Of a DNA stretch of 64,000 bases, positions 53,171-64,000 are shown in pieces; the first letter of the stretch is position 1; every line of letters starts with the position of its first letter. This stretch comes from Lytechinus pictus (lineage: Eukaryota). The position numbers and the translations under genes were made by a program. Under the pieces are notes generated by a model, which searched no databases, had not been told where the DNA came from, and saw only the letters and a program-made list of their open reading frames with translations. The stretch spans positions 17,734,001 to 17,798,000 of the forward strand of contig NC_087250.1 of assembly GCF_037042905.1 (NCBI RefSeq). Direction: 5' to 3'.

Positions 53171-56159
53171 CTCTTCATTTGCTAGTAATCAGCCTAGCAT
53201 GGCTGTTCCATGATAGATGTTTCCAATCTATAAGGCCTTGTTTTCTAAATCCCTTGTATCCCAGTCAGGATAATATCTCTGAGCATCCCATGCTGCATCC
53301 ATGACTCTTAGGGAATTGAAAGACTTTTTTGAAAAAAAACCTTCCCAATAGCCTCTGGTGAGTTGTCCCAATCTGGAGTAAAATGTGTGATGGCATTGCG
53401 CTCACATAACATAGCAGTGAAGAGTATGTATGTGTTCATTTAATGCCATCAGCACAAACACAATAGCCAGTGTGGCTACGTCATCTCCTGAGATGCTGAT
53501 GAACTCACCCCGATAATGGTCACTTTCTACTCCTTTGTTTATTTTCTTTTTGTGCATCATTAAGGTCCAGTTGAATAATCTTCCCTCTTGTTCTTGGACA
53601 TTGGATAAACCACAGGTACATTCCATGGTAAACCGGGGTTAACCTTTACTGCGAAGAGCAATTTCTCATGGAGGGGAGAACTTGGACATTTATTTGTTCA
53701 AGGAATGGGGAGAGATGTATTTAACTAATGTTCCTACATTCAATCATGCTGGAATGTACGAGACAATAAGAAGGAATGAGATACCAGATATGATAGCCAT
53801 TTTTTTTTTAATATCTTGATTCAATCTGACAGAAAAGTAAAATGCAAAGGAACTTTTTAACTATGTCCTCCCAGTTGTCAAAGTTCATTGGTGGATTCAT
53901 TCCTCCACATATCTAACTTGTTTGAAAGGCTTTTCAGTTTCTGCCCTAGCTTTTTGGGGTTTGCCAGTTGACTTTGTCTCTGAAAACCAGGAAATGCTGA
54001 ATGCTCCCTGCCTTGGATATACTGAAAGATTGCGTCCTTGCGGTACTTTGACAAATACTTCATTGTCATTGGCATATGCGCTTGTCCGCTTGCTCTGGTA
54101 CTCTATCTCAAAGTCAACAATTCCGGTCCCTGTTATCCCTTTGTGCACAGAAAGTACCAGATGTGCAACTTTAAATGTGCATCTAATACCATTAAACTAT
54201 TGCCTCTGTGGCTACGCCATCTCCTGTGAGGCCTAGAAACCCATCCTTAATTTATCTGTGCAACTTCGAACCTCCCTTTGCTTTTGAAATGTTTTGCAAT
54301 TCATTTTCAATGATTACATACAGGTGTATTGGATAAATTGCTTACTTTTTTGCCTCCATTTTAGAGTAAGACTTCTTTGTCTACTAGAAGGTTTCTTAGG
54401 AGTTTGATGTAGTGTTCTTCATCAAATAGGAAGGAGATCTTCCTGGATGTTGTTGGTTTCGGGAAATGTACTCTTGAGCGCATCTGAGTGAAGAGAGCTT
54501 CCAAGATACACAGACATCATCTTATTAATGGCCGCTCCATCACACACCAGAGTCAACACATCTATGTCATGCTGTAGTAGTAGCTCCAGGCATTACTTGA
54601 CAAGGAACGCCTGTCTTGGGTCATCAATCCCTCTGCAAAGGAAGTATTCTTTGGGTGCCCTTACATGTGAGTCAATGGCAGTCAACATGAAGACAATGGC
54701 CTGTGTCACACTGTCATCACCTGAAAGGTCCAGCAACTCATCTTCATGTTGGTCGTATTCCACTCCCTTCTTTAGATTGCCACACCATCGATCATCTTGA
54801 GTGATCTTCCCTGTTGTTCTTTGAATTCCTTGACAAGGTATGCCTGTCTTGGGCCATCAATCCCTCTGCAAAGGAAGTATCCTATGGCTGCCTTTACATG
54901 TGAGTCAATGGCGGTCAACATGAAGACAACATCATCACCTGAAAGGCCCAGAAATTCATCTTCATGTTGATCGTATTCTACACCTTTCTTGATTAATACT
55001 CCATCGATCATCAATGACCACCTCGGCAATCCGCCTTGTTGTTCTTGGACTATGGACAAAAAGTGGATACACTGCATTGTGAAGGCGGGTTTGCCTTTAC
55101 CGAGTGGTTTTTTTTACAGGGAAAGGCCAACGCCTTTCTTCATTTGCTTTAAAGTTGTTTTTCTTTGTATTTGATAATTGACCAGGTATCAGATTTAATT
55201 TTAGTCTTCCATAGTTTGAGGTCCTCTTTGACCAATACTTTAATGTCTTTGGCATGGGCACTTGGCCACTTGTTCTGGTACTTTGTCAAAGTCAACAATT
55301 TCTGTTTCTGTCTACCTTCCTTCGCTTTCAAGTTGTTTTGCAGTTCCTCTTGAATGATTACATGCATGTATATTGGATAAATTGGTTTACAGATTCTCCT
55401 CCACGAGAATGGACACGGATCGGCTCCATGACGACGATGAGACCTGCCATAGTTCTTGCGGTACTCTTTGACCAATAGTTCAATGTCTTTGGCATGTGCA
55501 CTTGGCCGCTTGCTCTGGGACAATACAGAAGACTATTCCAAAGTGGACAGAGCCCTGACCGGCTGATAGATTGTTGACGGGTGGCAGCAATAAAAAAGAG
55601 TTTGAGAACGTAGCTCAAAAAGAAATTCAGAAGAGGAATGTGACCTGAATGTGAAAGTGAATCACATTATACTCCCAGAAAGTACTATGGATGGGACAAC
55701 AGGAACTGAGTAAGCACAGTGCTAGATGATCACACAAAATATCCCCAGACAAAATCAGGAAAATAATCAAAGTCCAATCACGAATATGTTACAAACGAAT
55801 CTCCAAAAAGTCACCAAGAGACCTATTTAAATATGTGTAGCACAATTACATGATGACCAAAGTATCAATCAAGTCCAAGGAAGAAATTACTAGAAGAGCA
55901 CACATGTGTTCCCCCCTCCTGCCGTCTACCACATGTGCTACGTTAAATGTGCATCTAATGCCATTAAACTATTGCCTATGTGGCTATGTCACCTCCTGTA
56001 AGGTCTAGAAACTCATCATGATGTAAACCCAGTTTTACGTTCCACTACTTGGAGCATTTTGCAGAGAGTTTGCTTGCATGGAAGAGCTATCATTTCCCTC
56101 AGGTTTTCATTACAACGTGGGCTGTGATATCTTATTGGCAGGCATAGTTTCCTTAATAC

Positions 56160-57340
56160 CTCCCTTTGCTTTTGAAATGTTTTGCAGTTCCTCTTGAATG
56201 ATTACATGCATGTATATTGGGTAAATTGCTTACCTGTTTGTCTCCATTGTAGAGTAAGACTTCTTTGTCTGCTAGAAGGTTTCTGAGGAGTTGGAGGTTG
56301 TGTACTACATCAAATAGGAAGGAGATCTTCCGGGATGTTGTTGGATTCGAGAAATGTACTTTTGAGTGCATCTGGGTGAAGAAAGCATCCAAGATACACA
56401 GCCATCATCTTATTAGTGGCCGCTCCATCACATACTAATGCTACCACATCAATGTTGTGTTGTATTAGTAGCTCCAGGCATTCTTTGACAAGGAACGCCT
56501 GTCTTGGGCCATCAATCCCTCTGCAAAGGAAGTATTCTTTGGGTGCCCTTACATGCGAGTCAACATGAAGACAATGGCCTGTGTCACACTGTCATCACCT
56601 GAAAGGTCCAGCAGCTCATCCTCATGTTGGTCGTATTGCACTCATTTCTTGATTGCCACACCATTGATCATTAATGTCTACTTCTTTTTTTTCAATCCCT
56701 CTGCAAAGGAAGTATTCTTTGGGTGCCCTTACATGCGAGTCAATGGCAGTCAACATGAAGACAATGGCCTGTGTCACACTGTCATCACCTGAAAGGTCCA
56801 GCAGCTCATCCTCATGTTGGTCGTATTCCACTCCCTTCTTTAGATTGCCACACCATCGATCATCTTGAGTGATCTTCCCTGTTGTTCTTTGAATTCCTTG
56901 ACAAGGTATGCCTGTCTTGGGCCATCAATCCCTCTGCAAAGGAAGTATTCTTTGGGTGCCCTTACATGTGAGTCAATGGCAGTCAACATGAAGACAATGG
57001 CCTGTGTCACACTGTCATCACCTGAAAGGTCCAGCAGCTCATCCTCATGTTGGTCGTATTCCACTCCCTTCTTTAGATTGCCACACCATCGATCATCTTG
57101 AGTGATCTTCCCTGTTGTTCTTTGAATTCCTTGACAAGGTATGCCTGTCTTGGGCCATCAATCCCTCTGCAAAGGAAGTATCTTATGGCTGCCTTTACAT
57201 GTGAGTCAATGGCGGTCAACATGAAGACAACATCATCACCTGAAAGGCCCAGAAATTCATCCTCATGTTGGTCGTATTCCACTCATTTCTTGATTGCCAC
57301 ACCATCGATCATTAATGTCTACTTCTTTTTACAGGGAAAG
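56160..57340 (-). pseudogene. P-element/THAP9-like transposase fragments in tandem; other blocks ~54250-55100 and ~62680-63560, with a diverged variant at ~53405-53660 and ~61090-61330
   Basis: SLMIDGV.IKKGVEYD, QAIVFML, PIGYFL, VVALVCDGASTN and FLFDVVHNLQLLRNLL match the P/THAP9 RNase H core (D(2)H region). No intact ORF and no TIR were found. Confidence 0.85.
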
Positions 57341-57819
57341 GCCATCATCTCTGTTAGGTGGTTGTAACAACGTTGGCTGTGGTATTGACAGGCATACTCT
57401 CTTAAACTTATCTGTATAACGCCTTCCTTCCTTTGCTTTAAAGTTGTTTCCCTTTTTTTTTGATAATTGTCCTGGCATCAGATTTAATTTCAATCTCAAT
57501 TTCAATCCTCATAATAAGCTGAGACTACACTCGTGTAAATCATGAAAATATTTGAATGTATGCCTCCCTTCACCGCTTATTTTGTTGGCACTAAGTATTT
57601 TGTTGTATTTCCTTTAGAGGGCCTTTATCTTGTTTTGGATGGATAGGATATTCCTTTCATACAAAATCGTGCTTTCAGAGATAATTGGCAATAAATTCAT
57701 AGGCCACAGCTGCCCTCACTGTCCCATCCAGTCTATCTTTAACATCCTCCTTAACCCAGCACCCCACCAGCATATCCACCTCTTCTTGCTCCCAGTTCCT
57801 TCCTCTCTCTTCCTCTTCT

Positions 57820-57990
57820 TTCCATACTCATGAAAAACGGGGAAATATTTGAATGTATGCCTCCCTTCACCGCTTATTTTGTTGGCACTAAGTATTTTGT
57901 TATATTTCCTTTTGAGGGCCTTCATCTTGTTTTGGATGGATAGGATATTCCTTTAATACAAAACCATGCTTTCGGAGATAATTGGCAATA
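57820..57990 (-). pseudogene. Myb/SANT-like (trihelix) DNA-binding domain fragment; copies ~50340-50500, ~57530-57690, ~59070-59230
   Basis: IQNKMKALKRKYNKILSANKISGEGRHTFKYF resembles the C-terminal helix of Myb/SANT-like domains found in Harbinger-associated proteins. Confidence 0.65.
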
Positions 57991-60900
57991 AATTCATGGG
58001 CCACAACGGCCCTCACTGTGCCATCCAGTTTGTTGTTGACATCCTCCTTGACCCAGCACTCCACCAGCATGTCCATCTCCTGTGGCTCCCAGTTCCTTCC
58101 TCTACACCTTTCTTCATTGCTTTTTGTTTTGTTTTAGGCATTTCGTCCAAAAATTATAGAGATGGTACTAGTGCATGATCGTGATGTAACAAGTTAGATC
58201 AACTCTCTGTTAGCTGTAGGACTGGCTAGCTAGCTACAGCTATGGGCGACACATCACGGCTGTGTGCACACAGTTCACACATTTTTCTCTTGTTGTTTGT
58301 ATGTACTATTAGGCATTCATTCAGAGAGCTCTAAAAATCATTTATTCCATAACATATTGCCAAAAAGGATGACAGACTTTTATATTGAAGTTGTATCCCG
58401 ATACTTCATCAAGGTGGATTATTACTATAGCAGTTTCATTTTATGTGATGTCCTATGGTATTTCTGTGAAAATACTAATTTTCTTACCAAAATACTGATT
58501 TTCAGCCTGAAGTGTTCTTGATCAAGTTGGCATCTCTGCTGTAGAAGGGATGGATCCCCCTTGCACAGTAAACTGCCCCCTTGGTTATCTGTGAACATCT
58601 ATCTCTGTTCTAACTCTTTTTCTCATTTCAATTATCAAACTTAAACCATCATCCATGATTTTTTCCTTCAAGAAATCTGTGCACTACCTCACCACATATA
58701 GTGCACTTCATTTGCTCCTTGTAATTTTGAGCAATGTGCCCTTCCCCATCGCACCTATAACATGTGGTAATGGTGCAGTCCTTTGCCTCTTGACCAGTCT
58801 TCTTGCATTTCAGACAGGTTCTTGGCTGCCCGTCATATCTTACCCAGCAATCCTGCCCCTCCATCATCAAAGAAGATGGGATATATCCTCCTCCAATTTT
58901 ATCTTGTATTGTCTAGTTCTTTTGAAATCTTTCAGGAACTCCCGGTAAGCGAGCATTCACCCATTCAGCACTTTCCTGAACCTGCTCAGAATATACCTAA
59001 CAGTGGTATCATTTGCTTCAAATGAAACTTGTTAAATATTTATCTTGGTTTCCTCACGATAAGCAGAGACTACACTCATGTAAATCATGTAAATATTTGA
59101 ATGTATGCCTCCCTTCACCGCTCTTTTTGTTGGCACTAATTATATTATTGTACTTCCTTTTGAGGGCCTTCATCTTGTTTTGGATGGATAGGATATTCCT
59201 CAAAACCGTGCTTCCAGAGATAATTGGCAATAAATTCATGGGCCACAACGGCCCTCACTGTGCCATCCAGTTTGTTTTTGACATCCTCCTTGACCCAGCT
59301 CTCCACCAGCATGTCCACCTCCTGTGACTCCTAGTTCCTTCCTCTCTCTACACATTTATTCATTTCTTTTTGTTTTGTTTTAGGCATTTCGTCCAAAAAT
59401 TATAGAGATGGTACTAGTACACGATCGTGATGTAACAAGTTGGATCGACTCTGTTAGCTGTAGCACTAGCTAGCTAGCTACAGCTACTGGGCCAGGCGAC
59501 ACATCACGGCTGGGTGCAGGCAGTTCGCACGTTTTTGTCTTATTTGTGTGTTCTCTTAGGTGTTCGTTCATAGAGCTCTAAGAATCATTTATTCCATGGA
59601 TAACATATTGCCAAAAAGGATGAGAGACCCTTTTTCGTGAAGTTGTATCCCGATTTCCTTGTCTTTCCTGCAGTCAACTTCATCAAGGTGGATTATTGCT
59701 ATAGCTGAGCACCCAAGTAGTACTGGTCTTCAGTAATTACTGAAAAATGAGAAAGAATTCCTGTGGTGTCATGCAAATTACCGGTACTGATTTCCAAAGT
59801 TTCATTTTACGTGTTCTATGGTATTTCTGTGAAAATACTAATTTTTCTTACCAAAATACTGATTTTCAGCCTTTAAGAGACTGAAGTGTTCTTGATCAAG
59901 TTGGCATCTCTGCTGTAAAAGGGATGTATACTCGTTGCACAGTAAATTGACCTCTTTGTTATCTGTAAACATCTATCTCTATTCTCTTTTCTCATTTCAA
60001 TTATCAAACTTAAACCGTCATCCATGATTCTGTCCTTCAAGAAATCCGTGCCCCTCCTCACCACATATAGTGCACTTCATTTGCTCCTTGCAGTTTTGAG
60101 CAATGTGCCCTTCCCCATCGCACCTATAACATCTGGTAATGGTGCAGTCCTTTGCCTCTTGACCAGTCTTCTTGCATTTCAGACAGGTTCTTGGCTGCCT
60201 GTCATATCTTACCCAGCAATCCCGCCCCTCTATCATCAAGGAAGATGGGATGCCCTTCAGCTTCATTTTATGTTGCCCCGCCCGTTAAAAATGTTCGGGA
60301 ACTCCAGGTGAGCGAGCTTTCGCCCATCCAGAACCTTTCCAAACCTGCTCAAGATATACCTCATGGTGTTATCGTTCACTTCAAAAGGAAAGTGCAAGAT
60401 GGTAATAATCTTAGTATCCTCACAATAAGCTGATACTGTACGTTCCTGTCATCAAAGGAGATGTGATATCCTTCAATTTTTATCTAGTATAGTCTAGTCC
60501 TGTTGAAATCGTTCGGGAACTCTGGGTATAAAAGCGAGCATTCGCCCATCCAGCACTTTTCTGAACCTGCTTGGGATATACCTAACAGTGTTATAATTTG
60601 CTTCAAATAAAACTTGTTAAATATTCATTTTGGTGTCCTCAATAAGCTGAGACATTAACATTCTTTTTCTCCTCCCAACACACTCTGAATTTCTCTCCTC
60701 AAAGCAGCATTATTTAAAAGTAACATCGAAGGGCTTCCCACTGAGCGAGCTTTGCATTGCCATCAAATGCTCTTCAATCTTCACTCCAATTTTCCTCAAG
60801 AACTCAAAAACACTTCCTTCTTTCTGTACTTCTACTCGAACGGAACATTCTCTTCATTTGCTAGTAATCAGCCTAGCATGGCTGTTCCATGATCGATGTT

Positions 60901-61776
60901 TCCAATCTATAAGGCCTTGTTTTCAGAATCCCTTGTATCGCAGTCAGGATAATATCTCTGAGCATCCAATGCTGCATCCATGACTCTTAGGGAATTGAAA
61001 GTCTTTTTTGAAAAAAAAACCTTCTTCCCAATGGCCTCTGGTCAGTTGTCCCAATCTGGAATAAATATGTGATGGCATTGTGCTCACTGTTGAGAGTGAA
61101 GAGAATGTATGTGTTCATTTAATGCCATCAGCACAAACACAATAGCCAGTGTGGCTACGTCATCTCCTGAGATGCTGATGAACTCACCCCGATAATGGTC
61201 ACTTTCTACTCCTTTGTTTATTTTCTTTTTGTGCATCATTAGGGTCCAGTTAAATAATCTTCCCCATTGATCTTGGACATTGGATAAACCACAGGTACAT
61301 TCCATGGTAAACCGGGGTTAACCTTTACTGCGAAGAGCAATTTGCTCATGGAGGGGAGTACTTGGACATTTATTTGTTCAAGGAATGGGGAGAGATGTAT
61401 TAAACTAATGTTCCTACATTCAATCATGCTGTAATGTACGAGACAAAAGAAGGAATGAGATACCAGATATGATAGCCATTTTTTTTTAATATCTAGATTC
61501 AATCTGACAGAAAAGTAAACTGCAAAGGAACTTTTTAACTATGTCCTCCCAGTTGTCAAAGTTCGTTGGTGGATTCATTCCTCCACATATGTAACTTGTT
61601 TGAAGGGCTTTTAAGTTTCTGCCCTAGCTTTTTTGGGTTTGCCAGTTGACTTTGTCTCTGAAAACCAGGAAATGCTGAATGCTCCCGGCTATGGATGTAA
61701 TCGTATTTAGTGCATCATGTCTTAAATGCAGATCATGTAGAACATACAACCAGGCCCGGCAACATATTTGGTTAGC

Positions 61777-62156
61777 GCTTTTTCGACGGTCTCTTTCTAT
61801 TCTTGTGAAGCAGATTGTTTCCAAGACACCCTGTAGCTGTACCAACTCAGCTGCAATACAGCCAAAATGCCTAAGGAAATCAAGGAAATCAAGGACTTTC
61901 TCCTTACAGCCCACAGGAAAGATGCCAAATCTGCGAAGATCAAGAAGAACGTGACAACACCAAGTTCAAGGTTCGATGCAGGCGTTTCCTCTACACCCTA
62001 GTCATCAAGGAAGACTCTGAGAAGGCCGGGAAGCTCAAGCAATCTCTTCCTTCTGGTCTTCGAGTGAAGGAGATCAAGTAGACTGTGAATGCATTTGATT
62101 TCTGTAAAATAAACTGTATGGCATAGGTAAGAAAAAAACAAAACAAAAACAACAAC
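61777..62156 (+). pseudogene. RPL38: Processed pseudogene of ribosomal protein L38 (CDS 61867-62081, one frameshift)
   Basis: Translates [70 protein letters not shown]. Intronless, pyrimidine-rich TOP-like 5' end, AATAAA followed by an A-rich tail, and flanking direct repeats atttggttagc (61766-61776 and 62157-62167). Confidence 0.95.
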
Positions 62157-64000
62157 ATTTGGTTAGCAGGTTGAATATACATTATAACAGAATACAACAA
62201 TTATTACAATACAAATGCATTACAATCATAATACAAGATCCACATATCTAACTTGCTTGAAAGACTTTTTAGTTTCTGCCCTAGCCTCTTTGGTTTTACA
62301 AGTAAACTTTCTCTCTGAAAACCAGGAAATGCTGAATGCTCCCTGCCTTGGATATACTGAAAGATTGCGTCCTTGCGGTACTTTGACAAATACTTCATTG
62401 TCATTGGCATATGCGCTTGTCCGCTTGCTCTGGTACTCTATCTCAAAGTCAACAATTCCGGTCCCTGTTATCCCTTTGTGCACAGTCATCTCCTGTGAGG
62501 CCTAGAAACTCATCCTGATGTAGACCCAGGTTTACGTTCCACTGCATGGAGCATTTTGCCGAGAGTTTGCTTGCACGGAAGAGCTATCATTTCCCTCAGG
62601 TTTTCAGCTTAACATGGGCTGTGATATCTTATTGGCAGGCATAGTTTCCTTAACTTATCTGAATAACATCTAACTCCCTTTGCTTTTGAATTGTTTTGCA
62701 GTTCATTTTCAATGATTACATACAGGTGTATTGGATAAATTTCTTACTTTTTTGTCTCCATTGTAGAGTAAGACTTCTTTGTGTACTACATCAAATAGGA
62801 AGAAGATCTTCCCGGATGTTGTTGGAGTCGGGAAATGTAGCGCATCTGGGTGAAGAGAGCATCCGAGATACACAGCCATTGTCTTATTAGTGGATGCTCC
62901 ATCACATACTAATGCCACCACATCAATGTTGTGTTGTATAAGTAACTCCAGGCATTCCTTGACAAGGAACGCCTGTCTTGGGCCATCAATCCCTCTGCAA
63001 AGGAAGTATCCTATTGGTGCCCTTACATGTGAGTCAATGGCGTATTCCATTCCTTTCTTGATTGCCACACCATCGATCATTAATGTCTACTTGAGTTGTC
63101 TTCCCTGTGTTCTTGGAATATCTTGATAAGGAATGCCTGTCTTGGGCCATCAATTCCTCTGCAAAGGAAGTATCCTATTGGTGCCCTTACATGTGAGTCA
63201 ATGGCGTATTCCATTCCTTTCTTGATTGCCACACCATCGATCATTAATGTCTACTTGAGTTGTCTTCCCTGTGTTCTTGGAATATCTTGATAAGGAATGC
63301 CTGTCTTGGGCCATCAATTCCTCTGCAAAGGAAGTATCCTATTGGTGCCCTTACATGTGAGTCAATGGCGGTCAACATGAAGAAAATATCATCACCTGAA
63401 AGGCCCAGAAATTCTTCTTAATGTTGTGCTTATTCTACACCTTTCTTGATTGATACTCCATCGATCATCAATGACCACCTCAGGGATCTGCCTTGTTGGT
63501 CTTGGAATCGGGACAAACAGCGCATACACTCCATTGTGAACCCAGGTTTGCCTTCCACTGATTCAAGTAGTAGTAAGTTACTTTGGTTATTTTTTTACAG
63601 GGAAGGGCCAACATCTGTTTTAGGTGATCGTAGCAACGTGGGATGTGGAATCGTATTGACAGGCATACTTTAATTTATCTGTATAACACCCTCCTTCGCT
63701 TTAAAATTATTTTTCTTTGTTTTTGATAATTGTCCTGGCATCAGATTTTATTTCAATCTGCCATTGTTCATGCAGTACTGTGACCAATAGTTCAATGTCT
63801 TTGGCATGTGCACTTGGCCGCTTGCTCTGTTACTCTATGGCAAAGTCAACAATTCCTGTTTCTGTTATTGACAGGCATAATTTCTGTAATCTTTCTGTTT
63901 ACTGTTTATCATTATATTTTTGTTCAACTCCCCGAAGGGTCACAGAGAAACCATTGAGCCGTATCCGGTTGCGGACGGCCTGTAATTTATTAACTTACCG

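Noticed and set aside
54250..63560. Intact or domesticated P/THAP9 transposase gene
   Set aside because: Multiple stops, frameshifts and out-of-frame tandem duplications; no THAP domain, TIRs or consistent splice pattern found.

Overview
AT-rich animal (eukaryotic) genomic DNA. The SINE and MITE repertoire suggests an echinoderm such as a sea urchin, but this is inference and not proven. One intact protein-coding gene can be assembled by hand: a 180-aa DUSP3/VHR-like atypical dual-specificity phosphatase on the + strand (coding exons 35825-35949, 38138-38249, 41028-41142, 42076-42266). It has a probable non-coding first exon in a CpG-rich promoter (~33456-33519) and a possible distant in-frame alternative first exon (8451-8598). 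Its start exon is preceded by a minisatellite that repeats the branch point, 3' splice site and start-codon context five times. Bases 1-49000 are otherwise a dense patchwork of non-autonomous DNA transposons (Kolobok-, AcademH-, hAT-, Tc1/mariner-, Harbinger-, IS3EU-, Sola-, CACTA- and Helentron-like), tRNA-derived SINEs, 5'-truncated LINEs, microsatellites and a triplicated, partly inverted segment. Bases ~49700-64000 are different in kind. They form a tandemly amplified mosaic of decayed transposon coding fragments: P/THAP9 transposase, Tx1/L1 zinc-knuckle ORF1, a LINE 5' end with coiled-coil ORF1, a Myb/SANT trihelix domain and a RecQ helicase. All recognisable TE fragments are on the - strand, while a processed RPL38 pseudogene is on the + strand. 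This arrangement is what a uni-strand (flamenco-like) piRNA cluster transcribed on the + strand would look like, and it is the top candidate for an undescribed system here.
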